Below are positions 25,976 through 32,000 of a stretch of 32,000 nt of DNA, piece after piece. Source of the DNA: Halalkalibacterium halodurans (lineage in GTDB: Bacteria > Bacillota > Bacilli > Bacillales > Bacillaceae_D). The stretch covers positions 30,001-62,000 of the forward strand of contig NZ_SNUY01000001.1 in NCBI RefSeq assembly GCF_004376175.1. Reading direction: 5' to 3'. Made by a program: the position numbers and the translations under genes. The notes under the pieces are model-generated. The model had not been told where the DNA came from, did not search any database, and was given only the letters and a program-made list of their open reading frames with translations. Every line of letters starts with the position of its first letter. Position 1 is the first letter of the stretch.

Positions 25976-28402
25976 TTATCCACGTAAAACAGCTCCAGTT
26001 GATGCTTCGAGCTCTTTTAAAATTTGCTCGTGAACCGCTGTGACCTCTTCATCCGTTAATGTGCGCTCCGGATCAAAGTAGGTGAGAGAGAAGGCAATGG
26101 ATTTCTTCCCAACTTCCATATGCTCTCCTTCATAAAGATCAAACAGATAAACATGTTTTAGCCATTCGCCGCCGTTCGCCTCAATCACTTGCTGCAATTG
26201 GGCCGCTGTTACGTTCTCATCAACGACAAGGGCGATATCACGCGAGATCGCTGGGAAGCGAGGAAGTGGTTCATAGGCGACCTCAGTCCCTTCCTCTGCC
26301 AACAGGGATTCTACATCTAATTGGAACACGTACGTTTCTTTTAAGTCTAACTCGCTTTGTCGCTCAGGATGAATCTGACCGGCAAAACCAACGGCTCTAC
26401 CATTTACTTTTACGTTTGCCGTTCGCCCTGGATGCATCCCTGGCTGCTCCCCACGTTCAAACGTCACCTTTTCTGATAAGCCTAACTCTGCGAACATTCC
26501 TTCAAGAATGCCTTTTACGACAAAGAAGTCGACGGCTTTTTTCTCTCCTTGCCATAAATGCTCCGTCCAAAGCCCAGTCAATGCACCTGCAAGCATTTCT
26601 CGTTCCTCTGGCTGTTTTGTTAACGTTTCTTCCTTGCTTAAAAACACAGATCCGAGCTCGTAAATAAACAACGCTTCTTGCTTTCGGTTCAAGTTGTATT
26701 GCACCACATCAAGCAAATGTGGCACTAAGCTCGTTCGCATGGTGCTTCGCTCTTCACTCATCGGCATGGCTACACGAATCGGTAAGTAATCTTCATTTTC
26801 CCCTTGAAGTCCCTTTGCCTTTTCTTCACTCGTTAATGAATACGTCATCACTTCAAATAAGCCTGCCCCTTCTAAATACCGGCGAATTTTTCGACGCTTC
26901 TGTTGATAGTCCGTTAAACCACCACGAGTTGTTCCTCCTACCGGGAACGTTGTCGGGATGTTGTCATAGCCATATAAACGGGCCACTTCCTCAAATAAAT
27001 CTTCCTCGATTCGAATATCGCCTCGTCTCGACGGGGCTGTTACTTCGAACGTATCGTTTTCAACCGTATAAGCAAAACCGAGTCTGTCAAAAATCGCTGC
27101 CACTTCATCGTGAGAAAGTTCCATACCAAGACGTTGATTCATGTGGGGAAGATTCAAAGAAACGACTGGTTCTTCAATCGCAAGCTCGCCAGCTTCGACG
27201 ACACCACCAACAACGGTGCCTCCAGCTACTTCCGCGATGAGTGTGGCCGCTCTTGCCGCTGCTTCCCTCACCCGTTTCGGATCAACCCCCTTTTCAAACC
27301 GTGAGCTTGAATCACTCCGTAGTCCCAGATCCCGAGAGGCTTTCCGCACCGTAGCCGGATCAAAATAAGCCGCTTCAAGGAGTACCGTTGTAGTATCTTC
27401 CTGCACCTCAGATGTAGCTCCCCCCATGACACCAGCAATGGCCACAGGATCACGTCCATTTGTAATGAGCAGGTGGTCTGCTTGTAACGTCCGTTCTATA
27501 TCATCTAGAGTAACCATTTTCTCTCCTTCTTTTGCAAGGCGAGTGACCACTTTGTTTGATCCTAAGCGATCGTAGTCAAACGCATGAAGCGGCTGACCGT
27601 ATTCAAGGAGAACATAGTTTGTTACATCGACGACGTTGCTAATCGGACGAATGCCAGCAGCAATGAGACGATTTTGCAGCCATAATGGCGATGGTCCGAC
27701 TTTCACATTTTTAATAATCGTTGCCCCATAATATGGATTCTTCTCAATGTCGTCAATTTCAACCGATACATAATCGCTTGCTTGACCATCAGTTCCACTA
27801 CTTTCGGCAGTTGGCCAATGAACCTCTTTGTCAAAAAGCGCCGCCACTTCATAGGCCACTCCGTACATGTTTAAACAGTCGGAACGATTCGGCGTCAAGT
27901 CCAACTCAAGTACTTGGTCATAGCGATTGAGAGCTTCCAAAGCGTCGCTCCCGATTTCAACGTCGTCTGAAAAAACATAGATCCCGTCAGCGAATTCTTT
28001 TTGCACAAATTTATTTTCTACGCCAAGCTCCTGCAATGAACAAATCATCCCTTGGGATAGCTCACCGCGAAGCTTTGCTTTTTTAATTTTAAAATTACCC
28101 GGGAGAACAGCTCCAACCTTGGCGACAGCCACCTTTTGACCCGCTGCGACGTTTGGCGCACCGCACACAATTTGTACAGGCTCTTCTTCCCCAATCTCTA
28201 CTTGACATAGGTTCAATTTATCTGCATTTGGGTGCTGGCGACATTCAAGGACATGGCCGACGACCACCCCTGTTGCTCCTTGATTTAAGTCATGAATGAT
28301 GTCAACCTCAATCCCCCCGCGCGTCAGCTTTTCCGCTACTTCCTCTGCGGAAATACCGTCAAGATCGACGTATTGCTTTAACCATTGATAGGATACTAAC
28401 AT
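25976..28402 (-). CDS. pheT: Phenylalanine--tRNA ligase beta subunit
   Basis: The 808-aa product begins MLVSYQWLKQYVDL and has a tRNA-binding domain, B3/4 and B5 regions, and a C-terminal FDX-ACB domain. Confidence 0.95.
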   Translation of the reverse strand: MLVSYQWLKQYVDLDGISAEEVAEKLTRGGIEVDIIHDLNQGATGVVVGHVLECRQHPNADKLNLCQVEIGEEEPVQIVCGAPNVAAGQKVAVAKVGAVLPGNFKIKKAKLRGELSQGMICSLQELGVENKFVQKEFADGIYVFSDDVEIGSDALEALNRYDQVLELDLTPNRSDCLNMYGVAYEVAALFDKEVHWPTAESSGTDGQASDYVSVEIDDIEKNPYYGATIIKNVKVGPSPLWLQNRLIAAGIRPISNVVDVTNYVLLEYGQPLHAFDYDRLGSNKVVTRLAKEGEKMVTLDDIERTLQADHLLITNGRDPVAIAGVMGGATSEVQEDTTTVLLEAAYFDPATVRKASRDLGLRSDSSSRFEKGVDPKRVREAAARAATLIAEVAGGTVVGGVVEAGELAIEEPVVSLNLPHMNQRLGMELSHDEVAAIFDRLGFAYTVENDTFEVTAPSRRGDIRIEEDLFEEVARLYGYDNIPTTFPVGGTTRGGLTDYQQKRRKIRRYLEGAGLFEVMTYSLTSEEKAKGLQGENEDYLPIRVAMPMSEERSTMRTSLVPHLLDVVQYNLNRKQEALFIYELGSVFLSKEETLTKQPEEREMLAGALTGLWTEHLWQGEKKAVDFFVVKGILEGMFAELGLSEKVTFERGEQPGMHPGRTANVKVNGRAVGFAGQIHPERQSELDLKETYVFQLDVESLLAEEGTEVAYEPLPRFPAISRDIALVVDENVTAAQLQQVIEANGGEWLKHVYLFDLYEGEHMEVGKKSIAFSLTYFDPERTLTDEEVTAVHEQILKELEASTGAVLRG

Positions 28403-28417
28403 GTTTGAATTTCCCCC

Positions 28418-29452
28418 TTACACTCGCTTGAATTGTGCCAAGAACCGGCGATCATTTGTATAGAAGTGGCGAATATCATCGATACCGTATTTCAGCATGG
28501 CAAGTCGCTCAACTCCCATGCCAAATGCAAAACCACTATATTCATTCGGATTAAAGCCACTCATTTCAAGGACGCGCGGATGAACCATCCCAGCGCCTAA
28601 AATTTCAATCCAACCTGTTTGCTTACAGACGCGGCACCCGTCCCCGTGGCAAATTCCGCAAGAGACGTCCACTTCAACAGACGGCTCAGTGAACGGGAAA
28701 AAACTTGGGCGCAGACGAATGGAGCGTTCTTCCCCGAAGAATGATTTAGCAAAGGCTTGGAGCACTCCTTTTAAATCACTCATACGTACCCCATGGTCGA
28801 CGTAAAGACCTTCGATTTGCATGAATTGGTGAGAGTGTGTCGCATCATCGTCATCGCGGCGAAACACTTTCCCGGGACAAATGATTTTAATCGGCCCTTT
28901 CCCTTTATATTTTTCCATTGTTCTCGCTTGAACAGGGGACGTTTGTGTACGAAGCAGCAATTCATCCGTAAAATAGAAGGAGTCTTGCATATCACGGGCC
29001 GGGTGATCCTTCGGTAAATTTAACGCCTCAAAGTTATAATAATCGGTTTCAATTTGTGGCCCTTCCGCAACAGAGAAGCCAAGTCCGATGAATAAGTCTT
29101 CCACTTCTGTGATCGTCGCAGTTAACGGATGGGCCCCCCCTTTTAATATTGGGCGACCTGGTAAGGTGACATCGATTGTCTCCTCTTGAAGCTTACGGTG
29201 AATCTCCGCTTGCTCCAAAGCTTCCATTTTGGACTCAATCGCCTTTCCAATCGCTTCACGAACGTCATTTGCCAATTGGCCAATAACTGGACGCTCTTCT
29301 GGTGAAAGCTTCCCCATGCCGCGTAGCACTTCCGTTACGGGCCCTTTTTTTCCTAGGTATTTGACACGAATCTCTTGCACCACTTTTTTCTCTTGTGCCT
29401 GCTCAATTTTTTCGATCGCGTCATCACGTAACGCCTCTAATTGTTCTCTCAT
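28418..29452 (-). CDS. pheS: Phenylalanine--tRNA ligase alpha subunit
   Basis: The 344-aa product has class II aaRS motifs ([43 protein letters not shown]). Confidence 0.95.
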   Translation of the reverse strand: MREQLEALRDDAIEKIEQAQEKKVVQEIRVKYLGKKGPVTEVLRGMGKLSPEERPVIGQLANDVREAIGKAIESKMEALEQAEIHRKLQEETIDVTLPGRPILKGGAHPLTATITEVEDLFIGLGFSVAEGPQIETDYYNFEALNLPKDHPARDMQDSFYFTDELLLRTQTSPVQARTMEKYKGKGPIKIICPGKVFRRDDDDATHSHQFMQIEGLYVDHGVRMSDLKGVLQAFAKSFFGEERSIRLRPSFFPFTEPSVEVDVSCGICHGDGCRVCKQTGWIEILGAGMVHPRVLEMSGFNPNEYSGFAFGMGVERLAMLKYGIDDIRHFYTNDRRFLAQFKRV

Positions 29453-29567
29453 GTACCATATCCTCCTTTAATACCAATCGAATGTTAGGTTAAAGCAACA
29501 AATGTTAAGGCCAAGTTTAAATGATGGCAGCTCATCCTTTATAGAAATTAAACTTTCCTGCAAGTGC

Positions 29568-29832
29568 AAAAAAACCTTCGTTCCCAAACAAGGGACGAAG
29601 GTTTCGCGGTACCACCCTAATTGATGCACAAACTGAGTGCATCCTCTTCATTTCCATAACGGCTGTTGCCGGGATCACCTTAACAAGCTATTGCGCTTGT
29701 GTTCCAGTGCCTGCTCCAGAGCGAATTCAGCTGTCCTTTCCATCGAGGTGCTTTCAGTCGCTGGCATCTCGTCCCTGGTTGGTAGGGTTCAGCTTACTAC
29801 TCTCTTTCCACGCATTTTCATACTATTTGGAT
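29568..29832 (-). promoter_or_regulatory. T-box leader, Phe specifier (UUC)
   Basis: The minus strand has the stem I AGAGAGTA motif and the specifier-loop context GAAUUCGC, with UUC at 29725-29723. It also has the T-box sequence AATTAGGGTGGTACCGCG (29623-29606). The terminator AAACCTTCGTCCCTTGTTTGGGAACGAAGGTTTTTTT follows it. Confidence 0.9.
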
Positions 29833-29838
29833 GTGTCT

Positions 29839-29867
29839 ATTATAGTGAAATTCACTTGAGGTTGCAA
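29839..29867 (-). promoter_or_regulatory. Sigma-A promoter of the pheS leader
   Basis: The minus strand reads TTGCAA (29867-29862), a 17-nt spacer, then TATAAT (29844-29839). Confidence 0.65.
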
Positions 29868-29880
29868 CTCCATTTAGCGC

Positions 29881-30636
29881 CTAATCTCGCAAATAATAAA
29901 GGAGAATTCCTGTTGCCACCGCTACGTTTAACGACTCAGCCTTCCCGTAAAGAGGGATGTACAAGTTTTGATCAGCTTTATCCAATAGCTCTGGCTCAAC
30001 ACCTTCTCCTTCATTTCCCACTAGCAAAGCAAATCGCGCTTGCGGCTCAATCGCTGTGTAAGTGCTTCCTCCTTCTAAGGCTGTTCCAAAAACAGGGATT
30101 CCGGCTTCTTTAAATTGATCCACCCACCCGTGAAGATCTCCTTTAATAACCGGTAAGTGAAAAATCGAACCTTGGGAAGCGCGAACTACTTTGCTGTTGT
30201 AAATGTCAACACTCCCCTCACTTACAATGACAGCCGACATCCCTGCCGCATCGCACGTCCGAATCATCGTTCCCACATTACCTGGATCTTGAACGTGATC
30301 AATGCAAAGAAACATCCCTTCTAACTCTTGAAAGCTAGGCTCATCTGGAATGTGACAAATGGCCGCGATCCCTTGTGGTGTTTTCGTTTCTGTTAAATCA
30401 GCCATGACCCGATCGCTGACGAGGATAACGTCCCGCTCATCTACATGCCAAGCGGTCGGGAGAGTCACCGATTCAGTCACTAAAATCGTCTCAATCATAA
30501 TAGTGGATTTTAATGCCTCCTCCACAAGATGATATCCTTCGATCAGAAACTGTCCTGATTGATCCCGTCCTTTTTTTGTATGTAATTTTTTCCATTTTTT
30601 GACTAGTTCATTTTTCGGTGAATCGATTTGTTTCAT
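29881..30636 (-). CDS. TrmH/SpoU-family RNA 2'-O-methyltransferase (YsgA-like)
   Basis: SpoU motifs are present (GNVGTMIRTCDAAG, LLVGNEGEGV, IPLYGKAESLNVAVATGILLY). I moved the start from 30666 to ATG at 30636 (MKQIDSP...), which is preceded by AAGGAG. Confidence 0.88.
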   Translation of the reverse strand: MKQIDSPKNELVKKWKKLHTKKGRDQSGQFLIEGYHLVEEALKSTIMIETILVTESVTLPTAWHVDERDVILVSDRVMADLTETKTPQGIAAICHIPDEPSFQELEGMFLCIDHVQDPGNVGTMIRTCDAAGMSAVIVSEGSVDIYNSKVVRASQGSIFHLPVIKGDLHGWVDQFKEAGIPVFGTALEGGSTYTAIEPQARFALLVGNEGEGVEPELLDKADQNLYIPLYGKAESLNVAVATGILLYYLRD

Positions 30637-30684
30637 TCTATACTCCTTTTTTATCCGTTTGTCCACATCTTACCCAATATTTTC

Positions 30685-30714
30685 GTTATAATCCAGACTC
30701 AATCAGACATACTA
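30685..30714 (+). promoter_or_regulatory. Forespore (sigma-G/F-like) promoter candidate for sspI
   Basis: CATACTA at 30708-30714 fits the sigma-G -10 consensus CATnnTA. The -35 region (GTTATA around 30685-30690) fits only approximately. Confidence 0.3.
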
Positions 30715-30751
30715 ATCTCGAACGACCATTTATAAAGCTGAGGTGATCAAA

Positions 30752-30958
30752 ATGAATTTTAATTTACGTCAAGCAATCATGGCAAACATTCAAGGAAGTA
30801 ACGAACAAGAGGTTGAAGCAACGATTGTTGACGCCATCCAAAGTGGCGAAGAAAAAATGCTCCCAGGTCTCGGTGTCTTATTCGAAGTATATTGGAAAAA
30901 CTGTAACGAGCAGCAAAAAGACCAGTTGTGTGAACAAATTAGTCAAGGCTTACAGTAA
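30752..30958 (+). CDS. sspI: Small acid-soluble spore protein SspI
   Basis: [23 protein letters not shown] is essentially the conserved SspI core. I moved the start to ATG at 30752 (MNFNLRQAI...), which is preceded by GAGGTG at 6 nt. Confidence 0.9.
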   Translation: MNFNLRQAIMANIQGSNEQEVEATIVDAIQSGEEKMLPGLGVLFEVYWKNCNEQQKDQLCEQISQGLQ

Positions 30959-30967
30959 CGTGCTCTC

Positions 30968-31005
30968 GCCTCTCCATGAAGCATATCATGGGAGGCTTTT
31001 TATTT
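30968..31005 (+). terminator. sspI intrinsic terminator
   Basis: GCCTCTCCATGA ... TCATGGGAGGC forms the hairpin, followed by TTTTTATTT. Confidence 0.75.
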
Positions 31006-31087
31006 ATAGAGAGCAGGGCACCATTCCTCTCATCGTCTATCCTCTCCATGTTGACGATGAAATAGACCTCACGCACGAAGAGTGGGC

Positions 31088-31115
31088 ACAGATACCAAAT
31101 GAGTCACATACCATA
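31088..31115 (+). promoter_or_regulatory. Sigma-K-like promoter candidate
   Basis: AC (31088-31089), a 17-nt spacer, then CATACCATA (31107-31115). The consensus is AC-N17-CATAnnnTA. The motif is short, so a chance match is plausible. Confidence 0.25.
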
Positions 31116-31178
31116 AGATAAAGATAGCTACCATCATAACATTACAGCTATGAGAGTATTGGAACCGGAGTGATCATC

Positions 31179-31388
31179 ATGTCGCCCTTTGCCCCTTCAG
31201 AGCTTTCTTGTTATTTATCCGATGAAAAGGGACAGCGCCTTGACCCCTTAAAAACTAATGCTATTTACTATAAAGAAATCGTTTCGCGGCGAAAACAGCT
31301 CCTCGAACTAACAAAACTTCAAACAGGCGAAACGATTTTCCTTCAACAGGTGACCATTACGATTAGTGGTTTTGTCGTCGTCGCCTAA
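31179..31388 (+). CDS. Hypothetical protein (possibly the 5' part of a frame-disrupted larger gene)
   Basis: ATG at 31179 is preceded by GGAG at 8 nt and gives MSPFAPSELSCYLSDEKGQ...QQVTITISGFVVVA, ending at a TAA stop. I recognised no family. Confidence 0.35.
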   Translation: MSPFAPSELSCYLSDEKGQRLDPLKTNAIYYKEIVSRRKQLLELTKLQTGETIFLQQVTITISGFVVVA

Positions 31389-32000
31389 TCAACTATCATC
31401 AAATCCGATCTCTTTTTCAGCGACAAAAGAGTTACTTATTTCAGCTCCAGAAGAGGTACCTTTAACATTTTCTGTAAACAAATGCCGTTGTGAAGCATTG
31501 TTTTGTCCTCAAGAAGATGAGAAAGAAGGACAAATAAAAGTGATCATCAACATAGATACCATTGTAGATGCAGAGAAGCAAAGGAAAATTCTATTAGGTT
31601 CTAAAACAGGCTCTGCTCCTTTTAAGGAAAAAATGTGTATTGAGACAATGAACATTTTTGACTCAGTAAGCTTTCAGCAGAAGATTACCGTTTTCACAAA
31701 TAAGCCAATGGATTCTTCTACTTCCCATATTTCAGGGCATATCGTCCAGCACTGCTCCGAGCCGGCGAAAGTTTATTTTCGAGCCATAGATCCGTTTCCA
31801 TCCGCCCAGATTCAAATTGAAAATCATTCAGACTGTCCTATGAAAGCCATTGTGCATGTAGATCACGAACGTAAAGTCAGTCAAATCATTGAAAAGGATC
31901 AAAAAGTTCGCTTTGATGTTAGTGAAATCCAGCGACTCGTCATTAAAGGTGACGGGGAAGGTGGCGTTTGTGAAGGCGCTTTTTCCTTATTTTTATCCCA
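31354..32000 (+). CDS. Hypothetical Cys-containing, internally repeated protein; the frame is open to the window end and the start is unresolved
   Basis: This frame, shifted +1 relative to 31179-31388, has no stop from 31354 to 32000. It is absent from the track because it is open-ended. Candidate starts are GTG 31366, TTG 31372, GTG 31540 and ATG 31633. The product ends ...VRFDVSEIQRLVIKGDGEGGVCEGAFSLFLS. Confidence 0.4.

Noticed and set aside
26266-27368. Long plus-strand ORFs (133 aa and 173 aa, plus shorter ones) antisense to pheT
   Set aside because: They lie entirely within pheT, whose identity is unambiguous. Their products are Leu/Ser/Arg/Pro-rich, as expected for antisense frames. 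I saw no start context.
29637-30113. A 158-aa plus-strand ORF spanning the pheS leader and the 3' end of the methyltransferase gene
   Set aside because: It overlaps the T-box structure and the SpoU-family CDS on the opposite strand, and it has no RBS, so it is spurious.
30813-31121. A 102-aa plus-strand ORF overlapping sspI out of frame and running through its terminator
   Set aside because: SspI is clearly recognisable in the other frame. This ORF crosses an intrinsic terminator and has no RBS.
1-32000. A scan for CRISPR repeats, tRNA/rRNA genes, intact IS elements or integrases, toxin-antitoxin pairs and known defence-system signatures
   Set aside because: I saw no regularly spaced direct repeats, no cloverleaf-like or rRNA-like segments and no intact transposase or recombinase ORF. 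I also saw no small adjacent gene pairs of the TA type. All large ORFs are accounted for by housekeeping families.

Overview
This window is a conserved Bacillaceae core-chromosome segment, transcribed almost entirely on the minus strand. From memory, it is colinear with the B. subtilis 168 interval sdhCAB - yslB - lysC - uvrC - trxA - etfAB - fadB - fadR - lcfA - yshE - mutS2 - polX - cvpA(yshB) - zapA - pheTS - ysgA - sspI. I could read several cis-elements directly: an L-box lysine riboswitch ahead of lysC, a Phe (UUC) T-box ahead of pheS, and two identical FadR-type operators. There is also a perfect cre site, plus many intrinsic terminators and sigma-A-like promoters. Several supplied ORF starts are over-extended, and I corrected them using RBS position and homolog N-termini. 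Four parts look non-core. (i) A KtrB/TrkH-type K+ transporter gene lies between sdhC and yslB. (ii) The long-chain acyl-CoA ligase gene is tandemly duplicated, and the two copies have different regulatory sites. (iii) An AT-rich islet of about 2.3 kb lies between zapA and pheT, where B. subtilis has rnhC. It holds a decayed IS200/IS605 tnpA relic and a LysE/ArgO-type exporter translationally coupled to a YqcI/YcgG-family protein. (iv) At the right edge, sspI is followed by a frame-discontinuous, internally repeated, Cys-containing ORF that runs off the window. I saw no CRISPR array, tRNA, rRNA, intact mobile element or recognisable defence or toxin-antitoxin system. The best candidate for an undescribed function is the YqcI/YcgG-LysE cassette, and the second is the right-edge ORF pair. 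Evidence for both is modest and rests on motif recognition by eye. The rest of the window is ordinary housekeeping.
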